Origin: an uncultured Collinsella sp.
GTDB lineage: Bacteria; Actinomycetota; Coriobacteriia; Coriobacteriales; Coriobacteriaceae
DNA: 48,173 bases
Direction of reading: 5' to 3'
NCBI GenBank assembly: GCA_900757285.1
Contig: CAAENI010000299.1
Location: forward strand, 1 to 48,173
Positions 29,832-41,094 of the stretch are shown piece by piece. The notes beneath the pieces were generated by a model. That model was given only the letters and a program-made list of their open reading frames with translations, was not told where the DNA came from and made no database searches. Within the stretch, counting starts at the first letter, position 1. Each line of letters opens with the position of its first letter. A program made the position numbers and the translations under genes.

Positions 29832-30875
29832 TTAAAGCTCGACGGTCACCGAAGCGGGATCCTCCCCTACCAGTTCGGCCAGCATGGGAAGTGCCACGGT
29901 GAGCGTCTCGAGAATCGTTCCGTTGTTGGAGAAACCGGCGGCAGCGGGATGTCCGCCTCCGCCAAAGGCAGCAGCGATCTCGGACACGTTGAGGTCGCCC
30001 TTGGAGCGCAGGTTGCCGCGCACCTTGGTATCGCCCTCAATGCCCTTCAGGAACAGGCAGACTTCGACGCCCATCACCGAGCGAACCACATCGACCAGGC
30101 CGTCGCACTCATCCGAGGTGACACCGCAGGCCTCAAGGTCACTCTGGTACGCGTAGCTATACGCGACGCGCCCGTGGGCCACCGTCTTAATGCGGCCCAT
30201 AACGATGGACTTGAGGTGCAAAAATTCAACGCGCATGCTCTGGTAGACCTCGAGTGCCACACGCGCCGGATCGGCACCGTGGGCAACCAGACGCGAGGCT
30301 GCATGGAACGCGGCGGCATCGGCGTTTTGGTACTGAAAACGGCCGGTATCGGTAACCAAGCCACACAGCAGGCAGGTCGCAACGCCATCACGTGCGACAA
30401 TGCCGCAATTGTCCAAGAAGCGGTCGATGATCATGGCGCAGGCTGCAGCTTCGACGCGCCTCAGGCTGAGCTCGGCAAACTCCTCGCGCGCCGGATGGTG
30501 ATCGAAGCACACCACATGCTTGGAGCGACGAAGCACCTCGGCGGAATTATTGAGACGCTCGACGACCGGCACGTCCACCGAGATGAACAGGTCCGGATTG
30601 CCGGTATACGCAGATGCCGGTACCAGGCGATCGGAGCCTTCCATAAAGCGGTAGATGCGCGGAACCGGATCATCGTCTGCCAGCAGCAGCGCAATGTCCT
30701 TGTTGGGGAAAAACTTCATGAGCGAAAGGCCCAGACCCAAAACGGAGCCCAAGGCATCGCCATCGGGAGAAGTATGTCCCGAAATCGCAATGGAGGACGC
30801 ACCCTCGATGAGCTCGAGGATGCGTCGCTGAATATCTGCAGACTCGCACGAGGCGAGGTCGGCGGAATTAGTCAT
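29832..30875 (-). CDS. nrnA: DHH family oligoribonuclease / PAP phosphatase
   Basis: HTSPDGDALGS, FDHH, TDTGRF, FGGGGH. Confidence 0.92.
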   Translation of the reverse strand: MTNSADLASCESADIQRRILELIEGASSIAISGHTSPDGDALGSVLGLGLSLMKFFPNKDIALLLADDDPVPRIYRFMEGSDRLVPASAYTGNPDLFISVDVPVVERLNNSAEVLRRSKHVVCFDHHPAREEFAELSLRRVEAAACAMIIDRFLDNCGIVARDGVATCLLCGLVTDTGRFQYQNADAAAFHAASRLVAHGADPARVALEVYQSMRVEFLHLKSIVMGRIKTVAHGRVAYSYAYQSDLEACGVTSDECDGLVDVVRSVMGVEVCLFLKGIEGDTKVRGNLRSKGDLNVSEIAAAFGGGGHPAAAGFSNNGTILETLTVALPMLAELVGEDPASVTVEL

Positions 30876-31278
30876 CTAAAGCTGCCTCCTGGGCGGCATC
30901 CGCTATCGGATAGCCGTCCTCGTCCTTTTCGATCGCAAGCGTGGCGGGAACGTTTTCCAGCGCACGCGTGATGCGCTCGGCCTCATCGGTCGAGCGATCG
31001 ATGCGAAAATCGAGCTCGGGCGTAACACGCCAATCGAGCGAGCGAGCCAACAGGCTGCGAATACGGCCCTTGGCGCTTGCGAGCGCCTCCATGACCTCGT
31101 CGTAGCGGCTCGCATCGCACGACACGAACACACGCGCGAACGAACGGTCCACCGCGACCTCGACCGCGGTCAAAGTAACCAGGTCGAGACGCGGATCGGA
31201 AACCTCAAAGAGCAGGATATAACCGAGCTTCTCGCGAAGCTGCTCGCCCAGACGGCGGGTTGCCTGCGTTTGCTTCAT
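30868..31278 (-). CDS. rbfA: Ribosome-binding factor A
   Basis: DPRL, TPELDFRID; follows infB. Confidence 0.93.
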   Translation of the reverse strand: MKQTQATRRLGEQLREKLGYILLFEVSDPRLDLVTLTAVEVAVDRSFARVFVSCDASRYDEVMEALASAKGRIRSLLARSLDWRVTPELDFRIDRSTDEAERITRALENVPATLAIEKDEDGYPIADAAQEAALDD

Positions 31279-31289
31279 AGCGCTACCCC

Positions 31290-34004
31290 CTACTCGGTAC
31301 GGGCAACCTGGTCGATGCGGTAACCCTCGATCTGGTCGCCGGGCTTGATGTCCTGGAAGTTCTCCAGGCCAATGCCGCCCTCGGAACCGCTCTTGAGGCT
31401 CTTGGCCTCGTCCTTGTAGTGACGCATCGAGGCGATCTTGCCGTTGAAGACCACGATGCCGTCGCGCACCAGACGCACGGAATCGGTCGCGGCGATCTCG
31501 CCCTCTTCGACGCGGACACCGGCGGCGATACCGACTTTGGGCACCTTGAAGGTGTCCAGGACGGTCGCGGTACCCGTGGAGACCTCGACCTCGGTGGGCT
31601 TAAGCATGCCGATACGGGCAGCGTCGAGTTCCTCGAGGCACTTGTAGATGACGTCGTAGCAACGGATCTCGACGCCCTCACGCTCGGCGGCGGAGCGAGC
31701 CTTACCGTCGGGACGGACGCCAAAGCCGATGATGATGGCGTTGGAGGCGTCGGCCAGGACGACGTCGGTCTCGTTGATGGCACCAACGGCGGAGTGGATC
31801 GTGTTGATGCGAACCTCGGACTGATCCATCTTGTCGAGCGAATCCTGAAGGGCCTCGATGGAACCCTGGACGTCGGCCTTGATGATCAGGTTGAGCTCCT
31901 TGACTTCGGCGTCGGCAATGGTCTCGAAGAGGTTCTCGAGCGTGACGTGCTTGACGCGGCTCTGCTCCTCGATACGGGCCTTGAGCGAACGCTCGTCGGC
32001 AAGGGCGCGAGCCTCGCGCTCGTCCTCGAACACACGGAACTCGTCACCGGCGTTGGGCACGGACTGCAGGCCCAGGATCTCAACGGCGTCGGAGGGACCG
32101 GCCTCGGTGACGGCGCGGCCCTTGGGGTCGAGCATGGCGCGGACGCGGCCGTAGGTGAGGCCGGCGACAAGCGTATCGCCCACGTGCAGGGTACCGCGGG
32201 TCACGAGCACAGTAGCGACCGAGCCGCGGCCCTTGTCGAGCTTGGCCTCGAGGACGTTGCCGGAGGCAAAGGTGTCCGGGTTGGCCTTGAGCTCGAGTAC
32301 ATCGGCCTGGAGCAGCACGGTCTCGAGAAGATCGTCGATACCGATCTTCTGCTTCGCCGAGATGTTGACGAACATGTTCTGTCCGCCCCACTCCTCGGGG
32401 ATGACACCGTACTCGGTGAGCTCCTGGCGCACGCGGTCGGGGTTGGCACCCGGCTTATCGATCTTGTTGACGGCGACGACGATGGGTACGCCGGCAGCCT
32501 TGGCGTGGTTGATCGACTCGACCGTCTGGGGCATGACGCCGTCGTCGGCGGCGACGATCAGGATGACGATGTCGGTCACCTTGGCGCCACGGGCACGCAT
32601 AGCCGTAAAGGTGGCGTGACCCGGGGTATCGATGAAGGTGATCTTGCGGTCATTGATCATGACCTGCGAAGCACCGATGGCCTGCGTGATGCCGCCCGCC
32701 TCGCCGGCAGCGACGCCGGTGTGACGGATAGCGTCGAGGAGGCTCGTCTTGCCGTGGTCGACGTGGCCCATGACGGTGACGACCGGGGCGCGCGGCTTAA
32801 GGTCGGCGGGATCGTCGTAGAACGAGAAGGTGTTCTCCTCCTCGGGGGTGATGATCTTGATCTGACGGCCCAGGTCGTCGGCAACGAGCTCGACGAGGTC
32901 GTCGGACATGGACTGCGTCATGGTGAGCGGCGTGCCCAGCAGGAACAGGCGCTTGATGATGTCGTTGGCCGGAACGTCGAGCGCCTCGGCGAGCTCCTGG
33001 ACGGTAACGCCCTGGGAAACCTTGATGGCGTCGAGCTCCTCGGGGTTCACGCCCTGGGCCAATGCCTCCTCGATCTTGCGCTCCTCCTGAGCCTTGGCAG
33101 CCTCGCGCTCACGCTTCTCCTTGCGCTTCTTGCGGCGACCGGTGGACTCACGAGAGGCCTCCTCGACGGCAGCACGAGCCTCCTCGAGCACCTTCTCGCG
33201 GCTGTACTCCTCGGCCTCACGAGCCATGCGGCTGTAGTGGTCCTCTTCGTTGTTGTGACCGCCCTTGCGCTTCTTGCCCTTGCCCTGCTTATCGGGGTTG
33301 GGGAAGTCCATGCCGGCAGCGACGTTGTTGCTGGCGTTGGTGCGATGGCTGTGCGGACGGCTCTCGGAGGCGTTGCGCTCGGAGTTGTTGTCGGAGGCGT
33401 TACGATCGTTACGGCGGCCACCGCGGCGGTCATTGTTGCCGCCACGACGGTTACCGCGCTCGGCGGCGCGCTCGGCCTTGGCCTTGTCCTCGGCGTCCTT
33501 CTTCTCCTTGAGCACGGTCTCCTGTGCGGCGATCTGGTCGAGCAGCGAACGGAAGCGCGAACCGGAGTCGGAAGCGGGAACGGCGCGGCGCTGGGCCTCG
33601 CGGGCAGCCTCCTCCTTCTCGCGAGCAAGGCGCTCCTGCTCGGCCTTCTTCTTGGCCTCGGCCTCGGCGCGGGCAGCCTCCTCGGCAGCCTGGGCTGCGG
33701 CAAACTGGCGGCGTTCCTCCTCGCGTGCCTTCTCGGCGGCGATGCGCTCGCGCTCGGCCTCGGCGGCGCGAGCGGCCTCCTCGGCGGCAGCTGCCTGCTC
33801 CTCGGCCTGCTTGGCGGCCTCGACTTCCTGAGCGCGGGCCTCGATCACCGAGGCGAGCTGCTTGCGGACCATGGCGACATAGGCGTCCTCCAAAGTGGAG
33901 GACGCGGACTTAGCGGGAATCTTCATTTCGGCGAGATGACCCATCAGTTCCTTGGAGGTCATGCCGAACTCTTTGGCCAGGGTGGACACACGGACTTTTG
34001 CCAT
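31290..34004 (-). CDS. infB: Translation initiation factor IF-2
   Basis: [30 protein letters not shown]. Confidence 0.98.
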   Translation of the reverse strand: MAKVRVSTLAKEFGMTSKELMGHLAEMKIPAKSASSTLEDAYVAMVRKQLASVIEARAQEVEAAKQAEEQAAAAEEAARAAEAERERIAAEKAREEERRQFAAAQAAEEAARAEAEAKKKAEQERLAREKEEAAREAQRRAVPASDSGSRFRSLLDQIAAQETVLKEKKDAEDKAKAERAAERGNRRGGNNDRRGGRRNDRNASDNNSERNASESRPHSHRTNASNNVAAGMDFPNPDKQGKGKKRKGGHNNEEDHYSRMAREAEEYSREKVLEEARAAVEEASRESTGRRKKRKEKREREAAKAQEERKIEEALAQGVNPEELDAIKVSQGVTVQELAEALDVPANDIIKRLFLLGTPLTMTQSMSDDLVELVADDLGRQIKIITPEEENTFSFYDDPADLKPRAPVVTVMGHVDHGKTSLLDAIRHTGVAAGEAGGITQAIGASQVMINDRKITFIDTPGHATFTAMRARGAKVTDIVILIVAADDGVMPQTVESINHAKAAGVPIVVAVNKIDKPGANPDRVRQELTEYGVIPEEWGGQNMFVNISAKQKIGIDDLLETVLLQADVLELKANPDTFASGNVLEAKLDKGRGSVATVLVTRGTLHVGDTLVAGLTYGRVRAMLDPKGRAVTEAGPSDAVEILGLQSVPNAGDEFRVFEDEREARALADERSLKARIEEQSRVKHVTLENLFETIADAEVKELNLIIKADVQGSIEALQDSLDKMDQSEVRINTIHSAVGAINETDVVLADASNAIIIGFGVRPDGKARSAAEREGVEIRCYDVIYKCLEELDAARIGMLKPTEVEVSTGTATVLDTFKVPKVGIAAGVRVEEGEIAATDSVRLVRDGIVVFNGKIASMRHYKDEAKSLKSGSEGGIGLENFQDIKPGDQIEGYRIDQVARTE

Positions 34005-34095
34005 ATGACTTCACCTACCCTTTCTGGCACCTTGGGTGCCTAGAGACTGAACGAGCGTGGGAGACGCGCCGGGACCCGCCCGGCGCGACCGCGCG

Positions 34096-35343
34096 CTAGA
34101 TCAGGTCCTCCGCATCATCGAAGGCGTCGGTGTCGTGGACACCGCAGAAACGGGAGCCGGGACGAGCCTGGTTGCGGCACTGGACGCCGTCCTCGGACAC
34201 GTACTCGCAGCGGCGGACGTCCTCGTCCTCCTCGTCACCGATCAGGTCGGCGGCGGGCTCCTCGTGAACGGGAACGTTCTTGAGGATGTCGGCGGCAAGC
34301 GTCTCGGACTTGATGTCGATGTGCCAGCCGGTCAGGCGCGCGGCGAGGCGGGCGTTCTGGCCCTCCTTGCCGATGGCGAGGGACAGCTGGTCGTCGGGCA
34401 CGATGACGCCGGCGTAGGCCTTCTCCTCGTCGATGAGGACGCGGGTGACCTTAGCGGGCGACAGGGCGTTGGCGACGTAGACGGCAGGATCGGCATCCCA
34501 CAGGATGACGTCGACGCGCTCGCCACGGAGCTCGCCCACGACAGCGCGAACACGGCTGCCCTTGGGGCCGACGCAGGCACCCACGGGATCCAGACGGTCG
34601 TCAAGCGAGTGGACGGCGACCTTGGAGCGCTGGCCGGGCTCGCGGGCGATCGACTTGATCTGGACGGTGCCCTCATAGATCTCGGGCACCTCCTGCTCAA
34701 ACAGACGACGCATGAGCTCGGGGTGGGTACGGGAGATGACAATCGGCGGACGGCTGTGCTCGCCACGAACCGGCTGCAGGTTGGAGTTGGGGTCGCGAAC
34801 GTCGATGATCACGGCCTTGATGTGCTGGTTGTGCAGGTAGCGCTCGCCCATCGGGCGCTCGTTGCGCTCGTTCTCGTAACGGCGCTGATCAAAGTGCGGC
34901 AGCTCGGCCTCGACGCCCTCGCGAATCTTGACGATCGTGAAGTCGGGCGTGGATTGCAGCACGGTACCGCTGATGAGGTCACCGATGCGGCCGGAGAACT
35001 CCTCGTAGATCTGCTCGCGGGCGGAGTTGCGCACGATGGCGTTGATCTCGGCCTTGGCGTGCTGGGCAGCGATGCGGCTCGTGTTCTTGGGGGTGACGTC
35101 GATCTCCTCGAACTCGGTGAAGTTGCCCTCCTCGTCCATGGAATCGTCGATCGGCTCAAGGCGGTAGACGTAGATCTTGCCAGTGGTGCGGTCGATGGTC
35201 ACCTTGGCGCCCCACTCAAGATGCAGGATCTCGGCATAGCTCTTGGCGAGCGACTGCTCCAGGCGGTCGATCAGGTAGAGCTGGTCGATGTGCTTCTCCT
35301 GGCAAAGCTCCATCAGGGCGGACATCATGTCAGATGCTGCCAT
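34096..35343 (-). CDS. nusA: Transcription termination/antitermination factor NusA
   Basis: S1 and KH domains, [37 protein letters not shown]. Confidence 0.97.
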   Translation of the reverse strand: MAASDMMSALMELCQEKHIDQLYLIDRLEQSLAKSYAEILHLEWGAKVTIDRTTGKIYVYRLEPIDDSMDEEGNFTEFEEIDVTPKNTSRIAAQHAKAEINAIVRNSAREQIYEEFSGRIGDLISGTVLQSTPDFTIVKIREGVEAELPHFDQRRYENERNERPMGERYLHNQHIKAVIIDVRDPNSNLQPVRGEHSRPPIVISRTHPELMRRLFEQEVPEIYEGTVQIKSIAREPGQRSKVAVHSLDDRLDPVGACVGPKGSRVRAVVGELRGERVDVILWDADPAVYVANALSPAKVTRVLIDEEKAYAGVIVPDDQLSLAIGKEGQNARLAARLTGWHIDIKSETLAADILKNVPVHEEPAADLIGDEEDEDVRRCEYVSEDGVQCRNQARPGSRFCGVHDTDAFDDAEDLI

Positions 35344-35344
35344 C

Positions 35345-35839
35345 TTACTTTCCTTCCTTCGCGGGCTTGAAGTCGTAGGTGGGCTTCAACTTGCACTTTT
35401 TAACATTAGAGAAATCGAGGGTAACGGACTCGCCGTCCTCGAGCTCGAGGGTCACCTCGGTCTCGGTCGCAGCGGCAATCTTGCCGGCGTACTTGCGACG
35501 GCCCTCGGTGGCTGTAGAGGTGAGCTCGCAGTTCTCGCCCACAAAGCGGGCAAAGTCACTCGGGCGGCGCAGCGGGCGCGCCATACCCGGGCTCGACACC
35601 TCGAGCGTATAGCTCGAAGAGATGGGGTCGAGCTCCTCAATCACATCGCCGACCCATTTGGTGTTGGCCGTGACGTCGTTGAGAGACAGGCTCTGACCCT
35701 CGGCACCCTCGATACGCACACGCACGCAGGGGGCCTTGGTGGCACCCACAAGCTCAACGTCGACAATGTCGACATCGTGCTGGGGAGCAACGGCCTCGAG
35801 CGCGTCGATGATCGCCTGCTCGGTCTTGGTCTTGACCAT
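35345..35839 (-). CDS. rimP: Ribosome maturation factor RimP
   Basis: YTLEVSSPG..RPL; GGAGG RBS. Confidence 0.95.
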   Translation of the reverse strand: MVKTKTEQAIIDALEAVAPQHDVDIVDVELVGATKAPCVRVRIEGAEGQSLSLNDVTANTKWVGDVIEELDPISSSYTLEVSSPGMARPLRRPSDFARFVGENCELTSTATEGRRKYAGKIAAATETEVTLELEDGESVTLDFSNVKKCKLKPTYDFKPAKEGK

Positions 35840-35859
35840 TGCGGCACCTCCATCCATAC

Positions 35860-35893
35860 AAAAAAGAAGCGGGGCCGAAACCCCACTTCTTTC
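35860..35893 (-). terminator. rimP leader attenuator hairpin
   Basis: GAAAGAAGTGGGG-TTTCG-GCCCCGCTTCTTTTTT between the promoter and the rimP RBS; matches the known conserved rimP-leader terminator type. Confidence 0.75.
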
Positions 35894-35917
35894 AATTACA
35901 ACTTCATTTGCAAGCAA

Positions 35918-35946
35918 ACTATACCAATAGCTGCGGAAACGTGCAA
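35918..35946 (-). promoter_or_regulatory. Sigma-70-type promoter of the rimP-nusA-infB operon
   Basis: TTGCAC-17 bp-TATAGT with extended -10 TG. Confidence 0.75.
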
Positions 35947-36037
35947 GCAAAGTACGAATCTGCAGGTCAGCGTGCGCACAGCTTCTCCACAAGAATAGGA
36001 CAATTGACCGCAGGCGCTTTGGGCAGACAAAACAAAA

Positions 36038-36068
36038 CGGGGGGCAACCCAGCCGGATCGCCCCCCGT
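36038..36068 (-). terminator. Intrinsic terminator after leuS
   Basis: ACGGGGGGC...GCCCCCCGT stem followed by TTTTGTTTTG on the minus strand. Confidence 0.75.
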
Positions 36069-36097
36069 ATTTTATGCGTCAGTTAAGCGCGCAGCGC

Positions 36098-38674
36098 TTA
36101 CTTGACCACCAGGTTGACCAGCTTGCCGGGCACGCAGATGGCCTTGACGATCGTCTTGCCCTCGAGCCACTTGGCGACGGCGGCCTCGGCGGCAGCCTGC
36201 ATCTCCTCGTTGGAGGCATCGCGGGCCACGTCAATGCGGCCGCGGACCTTGCCGAGCACCTGGACGACGATCTGCACCGTGTCCTCGATGGACTCGGCCA
36301 GGTCGAACTCGGGCCAGGCGGCGGTGTAGGCGTTGCCCTCGCAGCCGAGAGCCTCGTGCCACAGCTCGTCGGCCCAGAACGGGCAGATGGGGGCAAGGAC
36401 GCTCACGATATCCTTGGCCACGCCGTAGCACAGCGCCTTGTCGCGGTCAGTGCCCTCAGTGGCGTTGAGGTAGGCGCTCGCCGCGTTAACGAGCTCCATG
36501 ACGGCCGAGATGGCGGTGTTGAACTGGCCGCGGTCAAAGTCCTCGGTACACTTGGCGATGGTGCGGTGACGCTCGCGATAGAGCTTCATCGCAACCTCGT
36601 CGAGCGCGGACTTGTCGAAGGCCACGTTGGCGTCGCCGGACTGGACGAGCTGCCAAACGATACGCCAGGCGCGCTTGATGAAGCGGCTGGCGCCCTCAAC
36701 GGCCTTGGGATCCCAGTCGAAGTCCTTCTCGGGCGGGGCGATAAACAGGATCGCCAAACGCATGGTGTCGGCGCCGTAGGGCTCGATGACCGAGCTCGGG
36801 GGCACGACATTGCCCTTTGACTTGGACATGGTGTCGCCGTTCTCGTCCTTGACCATGCCCTGGCATAGCAGGTTGGTGAAGGGCTCGTCCACGCTCAGCA
36901 GACCCAGGTCGCGCAGCGCCTTGGTAAAGAAGCGGCTGTAGAGCAGATGCAGAATGGCGTGCTCGATGCCGCCGATGTAGTTATCGACGGGCATCCAACG
37001 GTCGGCGGCCTCGCGGGAGAAAGGCAGCTCGGTGTTGTGCGGGTCGGTATAGCGCAGGTAATACCAGCTGGAGCAGGTGAAGGTGTCCATGGTATCGGTC
37101 TCGCGCTTGGCCGGGCGGCCGCAGACCGGGCAGGTGGTCTCGTAGAACTCCTTGCACTCGGCGAGGGTCTCGCCGGCACCCAGGTCCAGGTTCTCGGGCA
37201 GCGTCACCGGCAGCTGATCCTCGGGCACGGGCACGATGCCGCAGTGCTCGCAGTGGATAGCCGGGATGGGGTTGCCCCAATAGCGCTGACGGCTGATGAG
37301 CCAGTCGCGCAGACGGAACTCGACCTTGCGACGACCGCAGCCCATGGCCTCGAGGTCGGCCACGATTGCAGCCTCGCCCTCGGAGTGCTTGCCACCGCGC
37401 ATTCCGGTGTACTTGCCGGACTGGACGAGCGTGCCCTCGGCAGCGTGGGCGCAATCCCAGTCGACGGTCTCGGCATGGAAGGTGTCGATAGTCTCGCCGT
37501 TGGCCTCGACGGCAGCACGGTCGTCATCGTCCAAGATGATCGGCACGATCGGCAGGTCGTACTTGCGGGCGAACTCAAAGTCGCGCTGGTCGCCGCAGGG
37601 AACGGCCATGACGGCGCCGGTGCCGTAGTCGGCCACGACGTAGTCGGCAACCCACACGGGGACCTTCTCGCCGTTGACCGGGTTCACCACGTAGCGGCCG
37701 GTAAAGGCACCGTGCTTCTCGAGGGTGCCCTGGGCACGCTCGACGGCGGAGATATGCTTGGAGTCCTCGACGATCTTGGTCACGGCCTCCTCGTACTCCG
37801 TACCCTCGACGAGCTCGTGCAGACGCGCGTACTCGGGAGCCAGGACAAAGAAGGAGACACCGAAGAGCGTGTCGGCGCGCGTGGTGAAGACGGTGATCTT
37901 ACCCTCGTCGCCCTCGATGGGCTCGCCATCCTGGTCGCACAGGGTAAAGTCGACCTCGGCGCCCTCGGAACGACCGATCCAGTTGGCCTGCATCTGCTTG
38001 ACGCGCTCGGGCCAGCCGGGGAGCTTCTCCAGGTCGTCGAGCAGCTCCTGGGAGTAATCGGTAATCTTGAAGTACCACTGCTCCAGGTCGCGCTTCTCGG
38101 GCTCGGTGCCGCAGCGCCAGCACTTACCCTCGGTGACCTGCTCGTTGGCCAGAACGGTCTTACAAGTGGGACACCAGTTGACCGGGTTCTTCTTACGGTA
38201 GACCAGGCCCTTTTCCCACAACTTCTCAAAGATCCACTGACCCCAACGGTAATAATCGGGACTGCAGGTCTTGACCATGCGATCCAGATCGTAGGAGAAG
38301 CCCATGCGCTTCATCGTGGCGAGAGCCTGGTCCATGTTCTTATACGTCCAGGCGGCAGCCTGCGTGTTGTGCTTGATGGCGGCGTTCTCGGCAGGCAGGC
38401 CAAAGGCGTCAAAGCCGATGGGGTGCAACACATCGTAGCCGCGCATGCGGGCCTGACGGGCCATGGCATCGCCGATGGTATAGTTGCGCGCGTGGCCCAT
38501 GTGCAGGTCGCCCGACGGATACGGGAACATCTCGAGCACGTACTTCTTGGGCTTGCTGGCGTCGGTGTCGACGGCAAAGAGGTTGGAGTCCTCCCAGGCC
38601 TTCATCCACTTGGACTCAATGGCCTGCGCGTCGTAGGCAGGGATCTCATCCTTATGATCTGTGCAATCGCACAT
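36098..38674 (-). CDS. leuS: Leucine--tRNA ligase
   Basis: [13 protein letters not shown] (HIGH-type), [18 protein letters not shown] (KMSKS-type). Confidence 0.98.
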   Translation of the reverse strand: MCDCTDHKDEIPAYDAQAIESKWMKAWEDSNLFAVDTDASKPKKYVLEMFPYPSGDLHMGHARNYTIGDAMARQARMRGYDVLHPIGFDAFGLPAENAAIKHNTQAAAWTYKNMDQALATMKRMGFSYDLDRMVKTCSPDYYRWGQWIFEKLWEKGLVYRKKNPVNWCPTCKTVLANEQVTEGKCWRCGTEPEKRDLEQWYFKITDYSQELLDDLEKLPGWPERVKQMQANWIGRSEGAEVDFTLCDQDGEPIEGDEGKITVFTTRADTLFGVSFFVLAPEYARLHELVEGTEYEEAVTKIVEDSKHISAVERAQGTLEKHGAFTGRYVVNPVNGEKVPVWVADYVVADYGTGAVMAVPCGDQRDFEFARKYDLPIVPIILDDDDRAAVEANGETIDTFHAETVDWDCAHAAEGTLVQSGKYTGMRGGKHSEGEAAIVADLEAMGCGRRKVEFRLRDWLISRQRYWGNPIPAIHCEHCGIVPVPEDQLPVTLPENLDLGAGETLAECKEFYETTCPVCGRPAKRETDTMDTFTCSSWYYLRYTDPHNTELPFSREAADRWMPVDNYIGGIEHAILHLLYSRFFTKALRDLGLLSVDEPFTNLLCQGMVKDENGDTMSKSKGNVVPPSSVIEPYGADTMRLAILFIAPPEKDFDWDPKAVEGASRFIKRAWRIVWQLVQSGDANVAFDKSALDEVAMKLYRERHRTIAKCTEDFDRGQFNTAISAVMELVNAASAYLNATEGTDRDKALCYGVAKDIVSVLAPICPFWADELWHEALGCEGNAYTAAWPEFDLAESIEDTVQIVVQVLGKVRGRIDVARDASNEEMQAAAEAAVAKWLEGKTIVKAICVPGKLVNLVVK

Positions 38675-38697
38675 ATCAGCTCCTTTAATCTTTAATG

Positions 38698-38816
38698 GGG
38701 TCGGTCGGCTTAGCTTTATTCGCTACTGCGGACAGTCCTGCGCAAGACGAAGAGCACATTAAGTGCTCTTCTTTGCGTGCGGAACTTGTAGCGAACAAAG
38801 CTAAGCCGCCCGACCC
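38698..38816. other. 119-nt rod-like imperfect inverted repeat just upstream of the leuS RBS
   Basis: Outer arms 38698-38726/38788-38816 pair at 27 of 29 positions; CGCAA/TTGCG middle stem; apical GAAGAGCAC/GTGCTCTTC stem. Confidence 0.8.
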
Positions 38817-38850
38817 TAAGGTTAACTTGACTGATGATAGCAAATACAAC

Positions 38851-38885
38851 AAGCGAGATGTCTGCGACTTGCAGGCATCTCGCTT
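38851..38885 (-). terminator. Stem-loop, likely terminator downstream of guaB
   Basis: AAGCGAGATGTCTGC/GCAGGCATCTCGCTT stem with a T-rich tail on the minus strand. Confidence 0.6.
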
Positions 38886-38943
38886 TATCTAAATAACGTG
38901 GTTGATACTCAACCTTTATGTGCAACCCGTTCTAGAAACAACG

Positions 38944-39042
38944 GGTTTTCCAGGTGCCGCAGGTTGCCGTGAAAGAGGAGCGCCGCGTACTTAGGTACGC
39001 AAGCGACGGTTTGAACGGCAAGATGCGGCACCTGGGAAAGCC
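38944..39042. other. ~100-nt rod-like imperfect inverted repeat immediately after the guaB stop
   Basis: CCAGGTGCCGCA/TGCGGCACCTGG, TTGCCGT/ACGGCAA and GCGTAC/GTACGC stems nested coaxially. Confidence 0.75.
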
Positions 39043-39044
39043 GC

Positions 39045-40556
39045 TTATCGATAAGACACAGACTGCTGGGAGTCCTTTACGACAACGTCGTGGGCGCCGC
39101 CTTCGACGATCGAGGTCGAGCTTACCAGTGTCAGGCGTGCCTTTTCCTGGAGCTCGGGGATCGAGAGGGCACCGCAGTTGCACATCGTGGACTTGACCTT
39201 GTAGAGCGTGCCGCCCACGCCGTCCTTGAGGGAACCGGCGTAGGGAACGTAGGAGTCAACGCCCTCGACGAAGCTGAGCTTCGCGGCGCCGCCCAGGTCG
39301 TAGCGCTGCCAGTTGCGGGCACGCGCAGAGCCCTCGCCCCAGTACTCCTTCATGTACTGGCCGTTGACGTTGACGCGCTCGGTCGGGCTCTCGTCAAAGC
39401 GGGCGAAGTAGCGACCCAGCATCATAAAGTCGGCACCCATGGCAAGGGCGAGCGTCATGTGGTAGTCGTAGACGATACCGCCGTCGGAGCACACGGGCAC
39501 GTAGACGCCGGTCTCCTCGTAGTACTCGTCGCGAGCGCGGCAGACGTCGATCAGCGCGGTGGCCTGGCCACGGCCAATGCCCTTAGTCTCGCGGGTAATG
39601 CAGATGGAACCGCCGCCGATACCGACCTTGATGAAGTCGGCACCGCAGTCGGCCAGGAAGCGGAAGCCCTCGGCGTCGACGACGTTACCGGCACCGACCT
39701 TGACGTCCTCGCCGTAGTTGGCGCGGATCCACTCGATGGTGCGCTTCTGCCACTCGCTGAAGCCCTCGGAAGAGTCGATGCACAAGACATCGGCGCCGGC
39801 CTCGATGAGCAGCGGCACGCGCTCGGCATAGTCGCGGGTGTTGATACCGGCGCCGACCATGTAGCGCTTATCGCCGTCGAGCAGCTCGTTGGGGTTGGTC
39901 TTGTGGCTGTCGTAATCCTTGCGGAAGACGATGCCCATGAGGTGATCGTTGTCGTCAACGATGGGCAGAGCGTTGAGCTTGTTGTCCCAGATGACGTCGT
40001 TGGCAACCTTGAGGCTGATGTTCTTGTCGCCCACGATAAGCTGCTCACGCGGGGTCATGAACTCGGAGACCTTCTTCTGGTGGTCATCGCGGCTGGGGCG
40101 ATAGTCACGGCTGGTGACGATGCCCAGGAGCTTGCCCTTGGGGGTGCCATCGTCGGTGACCGGCATGGTGGAGTGACCGGTCTTCTCCTTGAGCTCGATG
40201 ACCTGTTCCATGGTCATGTCGGGGGTCAGCGTGGAATCGGACTGAACAAAGCCGGCCTTGTGATCCTTGACGGCCTTGACCATGGCGGCCTCGGACTCGG
40301 GGGTCTGAGAACCGTAGATGAAGGACAGGCCGCCCTCGGTAGCGAGCGCGACACCCATGTCGACGCCCGAGACGGACTGCATGATGGCGGAAACCATGGG
40401 GATGTTCAGGGTGATTGCCGGCTTCTCACCGCGCTTAAAGCGGGTTAGCGGCGTCTTAAGAGAGACGTTGTTGGGGATGCACTGCGAGGACGAATAGCCA
40501 GGGACCAGCAGATACTCCGAAAACGTGTGGGACTCACCGGGAAAGAACGTAGCCAT
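39045..40556 (-). CDS. guaB: IMP dehydrogenase
   Basis: CBS pair, [13 protein letters not shown] catalytic Cys loop, [16 protein letters not shown]. Confidence 0.96.
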   Translation of the reverse strand: MATFFPGESHTFSEYLLVPGYSSSQCIPNNVSLKTPLTRFKRGEKPAITLNIPMVSAIMQSVSGVDMGVALATEGGLSFIYGSQTPESEAAMVKAVKDHKAGFVQSDSTLTPDMTMEQVIELKEKTGHSTMPVTDDGTPKGKLLGIVTSRDYRPSRDDHQKKVSEFMTPREQLIVGDKNISLKVANDVIWDNKLNALPIVDDNDHLMGIVFRKDYDSHKTNPNELLDGDKRYMVGAGINTRDYAERVPLLIEAGADVLCIDSSEGFSEWQKRTIEWIRANYGEDVKVGAGNVVDAEGFRFLADCGADFIKVGIGGGSICITRETKGIGRGQATALIDVCRARDEYYEETGVYVPVCSDGGIVYDYHMTLALAMGADFMMLGRYFARFDESPTERVNVNGQYMKEYWGEGSARARNWQRYDLGGAAKLSFVEGVDSYVPYAGSLKDGVGGTLYKVKSTMCNCGALSIPELQEKARLTLVSSTSIVEGGAHDVVVKDSQQSVSYR

Positions 40557-40749
40557 GTTTCTCCTTTTTCCATGCGACCGGTCGGCTGCAGGCCTCGTAG
40601 GACCCAGCCCAACCTTGGGCGCCCAATACTGGGGAAGTATCTTAACGCACTTTGACTGCTACAATGCATGATTTAAGAAGAGCACACGAGGGTTTGACGC
40701 AGGCTTTGCGTTTGCCCAGCAAACACTTTAGCGGGGAGACGTGGAGCGT

Positions 40750-41094
40750 ATGAAGTACAAGACGACGGCAAAGTTGGTCATTCAAGCGTGCGACAAAGAC
40801 CTGCCGGGCGTGTTCGGTCACGGCTGCGTCTTGCTGCTGCAGGGTATTGCCCACGAACACTCGCTCAACCGTGCCGCCAAGAGCATGGGTATGGCGTATT
40901 CCAAGGCCTGGCGCATTGTGAACGAGGCCGAAGGACAGCTGGGCTGCAAGCTCATCGAGCGCGACGGCGCCCGCGGATCCACGCTTACCCCCGCCGGCGA
41001 GCGAGCCATAGCGGTCTACGAGGAGCTGCAGACCGACATCAACAACGTCATCGCTACCAAAGCCAGCGACCTCATTGCCACCATCAAAGAGTAG
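40750..41094 (+). CDS. Stand-alone ModE-type N-terminal winged-HTH protein
   Basis: FGHG..LL..I....SLNRAAKSMGMAYSKAW...GSTLTPAG; no molybdate-binding domain; the start may instead be GTG at 40741. Confidence 0.85.
   Translation: MKYKTTAKLVIQACDKDLPGVFGHGCVLLLQGIAHEHSLNRAAKSMGMAYSKAWRIVNEAEGQLGCKLIERDGARGSTLTPAGERAIAVYEELQTDINNVIATKASDLIATIKE

Noticed and set aside
38698..38816. 6S/Ms1 RNA assignment for the rod-like hairpin
   Set aside because: Shorter than typical 6S RNA (about 180 nt) and lacks a clear large central bubble; cannot be supported without a covariance search
38695..38925. Small ORFs 38695-38892 (+) and 38716-38925 (-)
   Set aside because: No RBS or family motifs, and they overlap extensive inverted repeats that explain the region better
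38675..38930. T-box riboswitch upstream of leuS
   Set aside because: No GGTGGNACCGCG T-box sequence or specifier-stem motifs found on the minus strand
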